DNA of 64,000 nt. Origin: an uncultured Gemmatimonadales bacterium. GTDB taxonomy: Bacteria > Gemmatimonadota > Gemmatimonadetes > Gemmatimonadales > GWC2-71-9. Of the stretch, positions 30,388 to 39,834 are shown piece after piece (position 1 is the stretch's first letter; every line of letters begins with the position of its first letter). Both the position numbers and the translations under genes were made by a program. The notes beneath the pieces were generated by a model. It did not search any database. It was given only the letters and a program-made list of their open reading frames with translations, and had not been told where the DNA came from. The stretch covers positions 1-64,000 of the forward strand of contig CAWGED010000003.1 of assembly GCA_963821525.1 (NCBI GenBank). Direction: 5' to 3'.

Positions 30388-30852
30388 CTATGGCGTGGTC
30401 AGCAGCGAATAGTGGTTGGCCACTAGCTGCCAGCGCCCATCCTTCATGACCCAAACGCGTGTGAACCGATTATCGCGCGGCACGGTCTTGCCCCTGTCCT
30501 GTCCGACCATCGTGGAGCGGCCGGTTTCCACGGCAGTGTTGCCGTAGACTCGCACGAGAACGTCACTGGTCGTGATGGACTGGTACGTCAACGCGTGCGA
30601 TGTGAAGTCGGCGACGACCTCCGACTTGTTCCGCACGACTCCGGTGGGCCCGATACCGAGGAAATCGTCAGCATAGATCCGGCGAAGCGCGATGGTGTCG
30701 GCAGCAATCTGAGCGTGAATCCGCTCCTGGTCCTGTTGCCGGACAGCTCGCTCGGCCTCCGCGGCGGCACGCTGGCCTTCGCTCTGTGCCTCCGCGATGA
30801 CGCCCGATACGACCGAAAACAGAAGAGCTGCAACGATCGAGGCGCGCTTCAT
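30388..30852 (-). CDS. secreted DUF4440/NTF2-like protein
   Basis: IYADDF, VRVYGNTAV, RFTRVWV..DGRWQLVA. Confidence 0.85.
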   Translation of the reverse strand: MKRASIVAALLFSVVSGVIAEAQSEGQRAAAEAERAVRQQDQERIHAQIAADTIALRRIYADDFLGIGPTGVVRNKSEVVADFTSHALTYQSITTSDVLVRVYGNTAVETGRSTMVGQDRGKTVPRDNRFTRVWVMKDGRWQLVANHYSLLTTP

Positions 30853-30953
30853 GAGATGCTCCGTGCAGGCGTGATTGAACTTGCTGCCAGTCGAGTGGCT
30901 GCGGGCTACCACGGGGCCCAGCGGGCGGCCGCTGTGCAGCTCGCACTAGGACC

Positions 30954-31059
30954 ACCTAACGGCCCGCGCTTCACCTGCGGGCGACGAGTGTTCGAGTTCA
31001 CAACTGGACGGCTTCCTTCAAGAAATACAGCGCCCGACAGGTGCAAGCGCTGGTTAGGC
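30954..31059 (-). repeat. attC (dominant family)
   Basis: ACCTAAC...GTTAGGC. Confidence 0.92.
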
Positions 31060-31064
31060 GGCGG

Positions 31065-31523
31065 CTACCGGGTCCCACGTCGCAGGCGCTCCGCGGTCGC
31101 TGGGGATGGCTTCGGGGCCGGAGGACGAGTAGGTCCCTCCGCGGGAGCTTGGAGGATGGCGTTGTGCAGGCGTTCAGCCAATGGGGGCTCGGGAGGGAGC
31201 TGACGAGTGAGTTCCGCAGCACGGCGCTCCGCCTTGTCCCGCACCAAACCCGCTTTCACGATATGCCACAGGGCGATGCCGATTGTCCGTTGCGCCGATG
31301 GGGAGAGCGGCGGGCGGTCCAGAGTCTGGAGGATGCTTTGCACGTGGCGACCAACGTGTACCTCGGTAGCGTCTGCCTCGACTAAGCCCCGAATCGTCAG
31401 GACGTGGGCGCCGAGTTGAGGATCGGCATCTTCCAAGCCGAGCGCGTGCCCTAGGACACGTCCGAGGGTCGTCTCGAGCGGTTCTCCGCGATCAACCCAG
31501 TTGCTGGCATCACGAGGTGACAT
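31065..31523 (-). CDS. hypothetical protein
   Basis: fills cassette. Confidence 0.55.
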   Translation of the reverse strand: MSPRDASNWVDRGEPLETTLGRVLGHALGLEDADPQLGAHVLTIRGLVEADATEVHVGRHVQSILQTLDRPPLSPSAQRTIGIALWHIVKAGLVRDKAERRAAELTRQLPPEPPLAERLHNAILQAPAEGPTRPPAPKPSPATAERLRRGTR

Positions 31524-31550
31524 TCGGTACCCAGGTTGAGGATTACCGCC

Positions 31551-31653
31551 ACCTAACGGCCCGCGCTTCACCTGCGGGCGACATGTGTACGAGTCCACAA
31601 CTGGATGGCTTCCTTAAAACCTAGCGCCCGACAGGTGCAAGCGCTTGTTAGGT
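31551..31653 (-). repeat. attC (dominant family)
   Basis: ACCTAAC...GTTAGGT. Confidence 0.92.
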
Positions 31654-31676
31654 GGCCCAAGGCTAGTGCTCCTGCG

Positions 31677-32237
31677 TCACACTGCTGACGTGCCAGGCTC
31701 CCGTGCCGTCGGGGGTGAAATGTACAGCGAAAGTGCGCGAGCGAATGACCTTTGTGCGAACGCGCTCTCCCGGCGCCACCGACGCGCTGTCTGGTGCGAA
31801 GGCGGGGCGGCTCGAGAACAGGCGGGCCTCTCCGACTGGAGGAGTTGGTCATCGATGGTCAGCACCAGATGCTCAAAAGTCGGCATGGGTGACCAAGCCG
31901 ACAACAGGTGGCCCGAGATGGCTCGATCGCAGAAGCCGGAGCCGAGGGCACAGGTGCCGGCCAGATGTCTTGTCTTGCGAAGAGAGTCGATCATTACGCG
32001 AGGAAGCTCCACTTCCTGGACGATGGAACCGTTGCTGCGAAAGTACCCCTCCCGCAAGTAGACACGGGCATTGGATTCGGGTGGTATAACCCCGTTGCCG
32101 GCGCGAATGATGGCGGCTACGGTGTCCAGAGCGGCGTGAAAGAGCTCGGCACTCGGTGGCAAGGACGAGTCAGGGCCTTGGGCGCTGAGCGGCGCGAAGG
32201 GGCCAACAATAAGGCTGATTAGGAGTGCCAACCGCAT
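31677..32237 (-). CDS. secreted hypothetical protein
   Basis: signal peptide; copy at 35760-36331. Confidence 0.65.
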   Translation of the reverse strand: MRLALLISLIVGPFAPLSAQGPDSSLPPSAELFHAALDTVAAIIRAGNGVIPPESNARVYLREGYFRSNGSIVQEVELPRVMIDSLRKTRHLAGTCALGSGFCDRAISGHLLSAWSPMPTFEHLVLTIDDQLLQSERPACSRAAPPSHQTARRWRRESAFAQRSFARALSLYISPPTAREPGTSAV

Positions 32238-32254
32238 GTTGGTCCTCTTGGGCC

Positions 32255-32358
32255 ACCTAACGCCCGCGCTTCACCTGCGGGCGACGAGTGTACGAGTTGG
32301 CAACTGTTGGGCTTCCTTTAAGACTACAGCGCCCGACAGGTGCAAGCGCTGGTTAGAC
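32255..32358 (-). repeat. attC (dominant family)
   Basis: ACCTAAC...GTTAGAC. Confidence 0.92.
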
Positions 32359-32359
32359 G

Positions 32360-32545
32360 TCACGGCGGCGGGATCTCGAGGTCGCGACAGATCTTCCGCG
32401 CTAGCAGATCGTTGATGTCGCGATGGCGAGGGATTGAGGAGCTCTTCCGGACCCGGCGATTCACATAGACCGTGTGGTTCCCACCCTCGCGGAGGAACTC
32501 ACAGCCGTGGGACTCCAGGTGGCGGATGAGATCGGTCCGCTTCAC
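32360..32545 (-). CDS. hicA: HicA family toxin
   Basis: LREGGNHTVY...IPRH.DI. Confidence 0.9.
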   Translation of the reverse strand: MKRTDLIRHLESHGCEFLREGGNHTVYVNRRVRKSSSIPRHRDINDLLARKICRDLEIPPP

Positions 32546-32766
32546 GCGGCCGAGATACGCAAGGGTTCGCGGATGACGTTCCGGCCGCGAAGCTCCTCCT
32601 CCAGCAACTGGCGATTGGCTTCCAGGACGAGGCGGGTCGCCTCCTCCAAGTTGGTGCGGGCTTCGTCGAGCGTGGCGCCCTGGGTGTTGGCTCCCGGGAG
32701 CTCCTCGACGAACCCGATGTACCCCTCGGGGACTTTTTGAAAGACGGCAGTGAGCTGGAGCTGCAT
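32542..32766 (-). CDS. hicB: HicB family antitoxin
   Basis: ELPGANTQGATLDEAR.NL.EA. Confidence 0.9.
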   Translation of the reverse strand: MQLQLTAVFQKVPEGYIGFVEELPGANTQGATLDEARTNLEEATRLVLEANRQLLEEELRGRNVIREPLRISAA

Positions 32767-32815
32767 GGGAGTGCTCGGGTTCAGATGCTCAAATCTACCA
32801 CGGGGGATACGTGAC

Positions 32816-32919
32816 GGCTAACGGCCCGCGCTTCACCTGCGGGCGACGAGTGTACGAGTTCACAACTGGACGGCTTCCTTCAAAATACAGCGCCCGACAG
32901 GTGCAAGCGCTAGTTAGCC
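32816..32919 (-). repeat. attC (dominant family)
   Basis: GGCTAAC...GTTAGCC. Confidence 0.92.
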
Positions 32920-33313
32920 AGCTGACTCACTCAGGCGGTCAAGGTCGCGTCTGACCCAGGCGAGCAGGTCCTCCTGCGTCCACGTACCATTGGCGACTGA
33001 CAGAATCGCTCGCTCAGCTTCGTCGACTGACGCCGTCAGTTGGAAGCCGTTGAGCATCAGGAAGGCCTCCATGGCCGCATGCCCGACCCGCTTGTTCCCA
33101 TCGGTGAAGGGGTGTCCCTGAATCAGGGCGAACCCGAGGATCGCCGCCTTGTCTGCCAGCTCCAGATAGAGATCTGCCCCGCCAAACGTCTGGCGGGGCA
33201 GGGCAACCGCGGCTTCGAGGTAGTTCATGGCGGCCAGGCCTTCACGTCCGGCGGTCGCCGCCATGATGCGTGCGTGAAGGTGGAGGACCTCACCGCAGCG
33301 TCAGGTACCGCAC
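32914..33313 (-). CDS. doc: Doc/Fic family toxin (5' part frameshifted)
   Basis: HPFTDGNKR motif. Confidence 0.85.
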
Positions 33314-33515
33314 TAGCGCAGGCGATCGTAGAGCTCAGCGTTCTTGGCCAAGATCCGGTCGGCCACCTGAGCGAACTGGGAATCCGGAGGCCGACGAGAT
33401 CTCGGACGGCCGCAGACGCCAAGTCCTCGGGGCTCAGATTGAGCCGCCGAGCGGCCTCCTGAAGCTGCGTCTGCTGCTCCGCGGTGAGTTCGAGGGAAAT
33501 CTTCGACGAGCGCAA
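33313..33515 (-). CDS. probable antitoxin partner of Doc (frameshifted)
   Basis: small ORF ending KNAELYDRLR*, stop overlapping the doc start. Confidence 0.7.
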
Positions 33516-33559
33516 ATCTAAGGGATTATGGGTGGGGAGGATACTCCGGTCGTTCAGCT

Positions 33560-33665
33560 GGCTAACGGCCCGCGCTTCACCTGCGGGCGATGAGTGTACG
33601 AGTCCACAACTCGGCTGGCTTCCTTCAAGGATACAGCGCCCGACAGGTGCAAGCGCTGGTTAGGC
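33560..33665 (-). repeat. attC (dominant family)
   Basis: GGCTAAC...GTTAGGC. Confidence 0.92.
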
Positions 33666-33674
33666 TGCACTCGC

Positions 33675-33888
33675 CCTAGGAAGGTGTCGTCGACTTAGGT
33701 TTCCACAGAGCTGCATCCAGGATAGACCAGAGATGAATGATCCAGCCAAACAGAAAGAACCAGGAGGACGCCCGCCAGGACGAATCGGATGATGGTGATG
33801 ACAGGCCGCTTGGGCAGGCCCAGCCCCGGAATGAAGAAACTGCAGAGCGCCGCGATGACGTTCCCCGTTGATCCCCGTCCGCTCGCCA
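33675..33888 (-). CDS. small membrane protein, homolog of 9683-9898 (frameshifted)
   Basis: GSTGNVIAALCSFFIPGLG. Confidence 0.7.
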
Positions 33889-33943
33889 TGACGGACCTCC
33901 GCCTCAATCGAATGGATGATCGACTAGACGAACTCTGCGTGCA

Positions 33944-34046
33944 GCCTGAACGCCCGCGCTTCACGTGCGGGCGACGAGTGTACGAGGCCGCAACTGGACG
34001 GCTTCCTTAGAACCTAGCGCCCGACAGGTGCAAGCGCTGGTTAGGC
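33944..34046 (-). repeat. attC (dominant family)
   Basis: GCCTGAAC...GTTAGGC. Confidence 0.88.
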
Positions 34047-34054
34047 GGCACCGG

Positions 34055-35373
34055 GGTACAGTCTAAATACATGGGTGACAGAACAGTCTAAAGACATGGG
34101 TGACACCGGGGCCACCTTGCGGACTCCTCAAGGAGGGGTCCGATGCCGTGGCAGGAGGAGTCGACCATGCAGCTCCGTCGCCAGTTCATTCAGGATGTCC
34201 AGAGTGGTGCGACGCCCATCACCGAGCTCTGCCGGGCCTATGGCATCAGTCGGAAGACCGGCTACAAGTGCCTCGCGCGCTACGAGGCCGGCGGCCTTCC
34301 GGCACTCGTCGATCGGTCGCGGCGCCCGCAGACCTCCCCCACCGCGACGGCCCCGGAGCGGTGCGGGCCCTGCTCGCGGCCCGGCACCATCACCCCACGT
34401 GGGGGCCCCGGAAGCTGCTCCGTCTCTTGCGGCAGCAACTGCCCGCCGCGCCCTGGCCCGCGCGCAGCACGATCGCCCTCCATTTGCACCGCGCCGGACT
34501 GGTCGTCACGCCCCGGCGGTCCGGCGCCCCGGCCATCCCGGCCGTCCCCAAGCGCCGATGGACGCCCCGAATGCGATCTGGACCGCCGATTTCAAAGGTC
34601 AGTTCAAGCTCGGCAATGGGCAGTACTGTTATCCGCTGACGCTGGCGGATGGCTACAGTCGGCTGCTGCTCCGCTGCCAGGCGCTGACCAGCACCCAGGG
34701 GGCGGAGAGCCGTCCCGTCTTCGTCCGCGCCTTTGAGGAGTTTGGCTTGCCCGTGCGGATCCGCTCGGACAACGGGGTGCCCTTTGCCACCCAGGCGCTC
34801 GGCCGGCTCTCTCCGCTCTCGGTGTGGTGGCTGCGCCTGGGGATCCTGCCCGATCTCACGGAACCGGCCTCGCCGCAGCAGAACGGCCGGCATGAACGGA
34901 TGCATCGCACCCTCAAGGCCGAGTGTACCCGGCCGCCGCGGGCCTCGCGCCAGGCGCAGCAGCGCCGCTTCGACACCTGGCGCACGGAGTTCAACGAGCT
35001 CCGCCCGCACGAGGCGCTGCACGATGTCACGCCGGCGTCCCTCTATCGGCCGTCGCCGCGCCCGTATCCGCGCCGCCTGCCGCCGCTCGACTACCCGCTG
35101 CACTATGAAGTCCGCCGGGTCAGTCATAACGGCGGGATCCGCTGGTACAGCGACTGGGTCAATGTCAGCCAGACGCTCGGCGGCGAGTACATCGGCCTGG
35201 TCGAGATCGATGATCGCGAATGGGACGTCTACTTCGGGCCGCTCCGCCTCGGCCGCTTTCACGAGGACACCCGGCGGATTGAGGATGCCCTCGGTCGCCA
35301 GCACCGGCGGCCCTATTGAAAAGTGTTACCGATGTCCTTGGACTGTTTTGTCACCCATGTCCTTGACTGCTCA
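34055..35373 (+). mobile_element. IS481-family element
   Basis: ~50-bp terminal IRs built from two CAGTC..ACATGGGTGACA units; possible CGG target duplication. Confidence 0.88.
34143..35319 (+). CDS. IS481 DDE transposase, frameshifted
   Basis: MPW..., SRKTGYK, WTADFKG, SDNG, ERMHRTLK. Confidence 0.88.
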
Positions 35374-35618
35374 CGGAGTCTCAACTGAGCGGGTTCCAGC
35401 TCCAAATCTGAGAGTTGAGCGACTACAGAGGCTCCAATCTCGGTGCCACGAGCGGTTGGGGTGGCCTGGTGAACAATGCGAAGTATTGGTATGTGATGTC
35501 GAAGGTGTCTCAAGAGGTGACACCAAGCAACGTAGCCTCGACGATCTCGCCATCGCGAAAGCTGAGTTGGACACGTTTCTTGAGGTAGGCACGCAGACCA
35601 TTCGGGTCAGTATTCATT
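35374..35618 (-). pseudogene. small cassette ORF, frameshifted and abutting IS481
   Basis: MNTDPNGLRAYLKKRVQLSFRDGEIVEATLLG... Confidence 0.45.
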
Positions 35619-35646
35619 CTTGGTCTACTCAGGCGACTGGAGCGCC

Positions 35647-35749
35647 GCCTAACGGCCGGCGCTTCACCTGCGGGCGACAAGTATTCGAGTTCACAACTGG
35701 ATGGCTTCCTCAAAACCTAGCGCCCGACAGGTGCAAGCGCTGGTTAGGT
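35647..35749 (-). repeat. attC (dominant family)
   Basis: GCCTAAC...GTTAGGT. Confidence 0.92.
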
Positions 35750-35759
35750 GGCCCGAAGG

Positions 35760-36331
35760 CTAGTGCTCCTGCGTCACACTGCTGACGTGCCAGGCTCCCG
35801 TGCCGTCGGGGGTGAAATGTACAGCGAAAGTGCGCGAGCGAATGACCTTTGTGCGAACGCGCTCTCCCGGCGCCACCGACACGTGCTGTCTGGTGCGAAG
35901 GCGGGGCGGCTCAGAAAGGGGGCCTCTCCGACTGGAGGAGTTGGTCATCGATGGTCAGCACCAGATGCTCAAAAGTCGGCATGGGTGACCAAGCCGACAA
36001 CAGGTGGCCCGAGATGGGCCCGATCGCAGAAGCCGGAGCCGAGGGCACAGGTGCCGGCCAGATGTCTTGTCTTGCGAAGAGAGTCGATCATCACCGGCGA
36101 GTCCACTTCCTGGACGATGGAACCGTTGCTGCGAAAGTACCCCTCCCGCAAGTAGACACGGGCATTGGATTCGGGTGGTATAACCCCGTTGCCGGCGCGA
36201 ATGATGGCGGCTACGGTGTCCAGAGCGGCGTGAAAGAGCTCGGCACTCGGTGGCAAGGACGAGTCAGGGCCTTGGGCGCTGAGCGGCGCGAAGGGGCCAA
36301 CAATAAGGCTGATTCGGGGTCCGACCCGCAT
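35760..36331 (-). CDS. duplicate of 31677-32237 (with indels)
   Basis: near-identical DNA. Confidence 0.7.
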
Positions 36332-36348
36332 GTTGGTCCTCTTCGGCC

Positions 36349-36450
36349 ACCTAACGGACTGCGCCTAAGCTGCGGCGCCACACTGTATGGTTCACAAACG
36401 CAATTCTAGCATCGAGGACTGGCGCCGTCAGCTTCAGGCGCGTGTTAGGC
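36349..36450 (-). repeat. attC
   Basis: ACCTAAC...GTTAGGC. Confidence 0.9.
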
Positions 36451-36673
36451 GGCAGCCTTCCGCGGCAGACGCCATGCCCAAACGCTGAGTCCCGCGCTCA
36501 CAGCAACGATCAGAAGGTCAGCATGGTGAAGATGGCCTCGGTTGATGACCTCGACGACATGAGCGGCCGCGATAGCAGCGAATACAAGGCCAGTAGTGAT
36601 CAAGTAGGGCTTCATCGGTCCCGTTCGAAGGGGTGCTGCAGAAGTCGCAGGTCACTCCTGACGGCAAGACTGG

Positions 36674-36952
36674 CTACTTGCCGAACACTCTGGCCGCCGC
36701 TTCTGCCGCGTTGGAATCGTCGACGACCGGGTGCAGTTCGATGTCAATCAGGTCGCCCCAATTGTTGACGTGCTCGCAAAGGGCGGTCATGTCGTCCGTT
36801 TCCAGGACGTGCCAGCCCAGAACCGAGCCGGGCACATGGTACCGAGCGACTTGGTTCACCCCCTCGGGCGGCGGACCGCCAGTTTCCAGAAACTGCTGAA
36901 ACGCCATCTTGTACAGGCCGGGGCGCGTCCTCCATGTCAGCATGAACTTCAC
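36674..36952 (-). CDS. DUF3303-like protein (duplicate)
   Basis: protein identical to 26245-26523. Confidence 0.8.
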   Translation of the reverse strand: MKFMLTWRTRPGLYKMAFQQFLETGGPPPEGVNQVARYHVPGSVLGWHVLETDDMTALCEHVNNWGDLIDIELHPVVDDSNAAEAAARVFGK

Positions 36953-37175
36953 GGTAGCACTCTCCTTCCCCTAGTTGAGTTCTCGAGCGGGAAAACATCG
37001 TACGCGCATTTGTCGATAAGAGCTATTAGCGCTATCCGAAGGCGAGATAATGACTCTTGTCAGGCACCTCCGCACTCACAAGCCAGGACTCATGAAGCAC
37101 GTTCGGCGAAGCGGTGGAGGCCCAGGCCACGGTGGGCGCCGCACACAGCAGTGGGTTGGTACTAAGGGGCCCGCC

Positions 37176-37265
37176 GCCTAACGGACCGCGCTTAAGCTGC
37201 GGCGCGCTGGAGAAAGATTCATTCCATAATCTACGCGCGCCGGCAGCTTCAAGCGCTTGTTAGGC
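37176..37265 (-). repeat. attC of first cassette
   Basis: GCCTAAC...GTTAGGC. Confidence 0.9.
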
Positions 37266-37292
37266 AGCACACCATGATGGAGCACAGCGTCT

Positions 37293-37724
37293 CTAGTGCT
37301 TAGCGGCATGCTTCAACGCAGCGACAGCTCCCATGAGTGTGAGGAGACCTGCGAACAACCCCGAACCAACGGTGACGATGTTTGCCACGAAAGCTATCCA
37401 ACCAGCCACTGAGCCGTCTGGCCCCAGCGCGCGAATGCCGACGGTCGCCTGCACAAGAATGGCCGTGGCGAAGGCATACGCCGTCGCCAAGAGCGTCCAG
37501 CAAAGGGCTGCCTGCTGAGCTGGCGTCAGCACCAGAAGCGGGAAGGCAGCCGCTATGGCCAGAAGCCAGACGCCAGCGAGTAGCAATGCGTTGTGTGCGG
37601 CACGCCACGCCTGAGGCTGTATGCCGGCGACCTCCTCAGCCACTGCCGCCAGGCCTAGGAGCAGACCGACGAGGACCAATGCGGCCCCGTGAAGGAGAAT
37701 AAGCGCTCGCCCGTTACGGATCAT
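37293..37724 (-). CDS. 4-TM membrane protein (possibly StyC-like)
   Basis: LLHG and WRAAH motifs; first cassette. Confidence 0.6.
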   Translation of the reverse strand: MIRNGRALILLHGAALVLVGLLLGLAAVAEEVAGIQPQAWRAAHNALLLAGVWLLAIAAAFPLLVLTPAQQAALCWTLLATAYAFATAILVQATVGIRALGPDGSVAGWIAFVANIVTVGSGLFAGLLTLMGAVAALKHAAKH

Positions 37725-37740
37725 GCTCAGCCGGTGTGCT

Positions 37741-37810
37741 GCCTAACTATTACTTCACTTGCATGCGTGCGCTGCCCGTTCCCCCAATCCCCGCCTCCAT
37801 ATGCAATAAA
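37741..37810 (-). other. attI site (crossover G|TTAGGC at 37747/37746)
   Basis: last core site of array, no attC arm; GCATGCAAGTGAAGTAATAGTTAGGC. Confidence 0.75.
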
Positions 37811-37943
37811 GCAGAGCAAGCAACCGCCCCGCCCGGAAGCCGAAACTCCCCGCCGCGCATCATATTAGCCCTGCCAGGATTGAAACGGTGTCCCAATAAT
37901 ATGCTGCGAAGAACCCGGAAATAAGCAGTCCCCCCATCCGCCC

Positions 37944-38924
37944 TCAGCGCCGGTCCGCCGGACTCCGGACCCCCATCACCCCCCGGTTCAAGACGTGAGT
38001 ATAGATCATCGTCGTGCTCACGTCCGAATGCCCCAACAACTCCTGGACTGTCCGGATATCGTACCCATCCTCCAGCAGATGGGTCGCGAAGCTGTGCCGC
38101 AGGCTGTGACAGGTCGCCCGCTTGGTGAGCGCGGCCGAGCGGACCGCCTGAGTGACCGCCCGCTGGACCACCGTCTCGTGGAGATGGTGCCGTCGCCGCT
38201 CCCCCGTCTGCCGGTCCACCCAGGTCCGGGTCGCCGGGAAGACCCACTGCCACCGCCAGTCCCGTCCCGCATTGGGAAACTTGCGGGCCACCGCCGTCGG
38301 CAATTCCACCGTTCCACCCCCCGCCGCCACGTCCCGCTCGTGCAGCCCCTTCACCCGACCCAGATGCCGCCGCAACTCGGCCTTGATCGACTGCGGCAAC
38401 ATGGTGATCCGGTCCTTGTCTCCCTTGCCGCCCCGCACCGTCAGCTGGTCCGACTCGAAGTCCACGTCCTTCACCCTGAGCTGCAGACACTCCAGCAGGC
38501 GAAGTCCGCTTCCGTAAAGCAATGTCGCCACCAGCCGGACCGGACCCTCCAGCTGCCGCATCAGGCTCGAGACTTCATCCCGGGTCAGCACCACCGGCAA
38601 CCGGGTCCGCCGCGGCGCCCGCACCACTCGGGTGAGCCAGGGGAACTCCGACCGCATCACATGTCGATACAGAAACAGTATCGCGCTCAACGCCTGCGTC
38701 TGGGTGGACGCACTCACCCGGCCCGCCTCGGCGAGACTGCTCAGAAACCGGGTGACCTCTTCCTCTCCCAGCTCCGCCGGATGCCGCATCCCGCTGGCGC
38801 GAACGAACCGGATGACCCAGCGTACGTAGGCTTCCTCCGTCCTGCGGGAATAGTGCCCCAGACGAAGCGCCCGTCGCATCTGCGGAATGAGCTTGAGTGA
38901 CTCTGACGATTCGGGAGCCGCCAT
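37944..38924 (-). CDS. intI: integron integrase
   Basis: GLR, GKGDKDR, HSLRH, LGH, TTMIYTH plus IntI-specific insert [24 protein letters not shown]. Confidence 0.97.
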   Translation of the reverse strand: MAAPESSESLKLIPQMRRALRLGHYSRRTEEAYVRWVIRFVRASGMRHPAELGEEEVTRFLSSLAEAGRVSASTQTQALSAILFLYRHVMRSEFPWLTRVVRAPRRTRLPVVLTRDEVSSLMRQLEGPVRLVATLLYGSGLRLLECLQLRVKDVDFESDQLTVRGGKGDKDRITMLPQSIKAELRRHLGRVKGLHERDVAAGGGTVELPTAVARKFPNAGRDWRWQWVFPATRTWVDRQTGERRRHHLHETVVQRAVTQAVRSAALTKRATCHSLRHSFATHLLEDGYDIRTVQELLGHSDVSTTMIYTHVLNRGVMGVRSPADRR

Positions 38925-39043
38925 CCCCCAGAATCGTACATAGGCGGCAAACTCGCGTCACCGAAAAAACGCGAGACGATAACACCAGCGTCTACTGTTC
39001 GTCACACGACTCGGCGCCATTACCCCTGGTCTCGGCGATCAAG

Positions 39044-39812
39044 TCAGCCGGCACTCAAGAGCATCGTCGCCATGAGCGCCGCATTGTAACCCGCGTGCAT
39101 TCCGATGCCAGGCCACAGCGACCGGGTGCGCAGGCGCAGCGCCATCGTGACGGCGGCCAGCACCGAGATGCTGAGCAGGGCCGGCCAATAGGTCCGCACC
39201 TCGGTCAGATGACCGACCGCGAAGAGGATGGTGACGATCAGCGCCGCCGGACCAACTCCCCACGAGTTTCCGAACCCGGTGAGCAGCACCCCTCGGAAGA
39301 GAAACTCTTCGACCGGTGGGGCAAAGAACACGGCGAGCAGCGCAAACAGAATTCGAACGGACGTGGATGCCGAAGCCGCCGCCTCGCTGAGCGGGCCAAA
39401 GGACTGTCCGGGATGTGGGGGAAAGAGCCTGGTCAATACCAGCAAATAAAAGACGGCCAGCAGCACACCGGCCGCGATGCCGACCCTGATATCGCGTCGC
39501 GGTGCCTCTCGCCAGCCGAGGGCTGCGAGGATGGTCGGCCAGGAGCCGCCGGGAAAACGTTGCCTGGCCTTGGTGAACATGACCAAGGCTGCAACCAGCC
39601 ATCCCGAACACGGCAAACGGGATCAGATACCGGGTTGTGGCGTCTCCGATTTGTGCCGCGGCATCCTCGCCGCCTGTTGCGGTCCGCAAGCCGAGGAAGA
39701 AACCCAGGATTCCGCCCACGACCAGCTGAGTTCCGAAGTACCAGAGGAACACCCGGAGCGAGGACCAGGCCGTCAGCGGGAGTGGCTCTCGGCCGACTGC
39801 GGTGATGGGCAT
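39044..39812 (-). CDS. CPBP/CAAX intramembrane protease, frameshifted
   Basis: PVEEFLFRG, F..GH, HAGYN. Confidence 0.85.
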
Positions 39813-39834
39813 GAAGGCCTGGGTTGAGAGTGTC

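Larger units (their letters stand above)
130..38924 (-). mobile_element. Sedentary chromosomal integron: intI, attI and ~40-cassette array (probably continues past left edge)
   Basis: IntI gene plus RYYYAAC...GTTRRRY imperfect palindromes between mostly single minus-strand ORFs. Confidence 0.95.

Noticed and set aside
5402..37265. Repeats as a CRISPR array
   Set aside because: Repeats are ~100-bp palindromes separated by whole genes; IntI present, no cas genes
38925..39040. LexA box upstream of intI
   Set aside because: No CTGT-N8-ACAG or CCGAA-N6-CCGAA match; only a 7-bp IR (38952-38975) of unknown role
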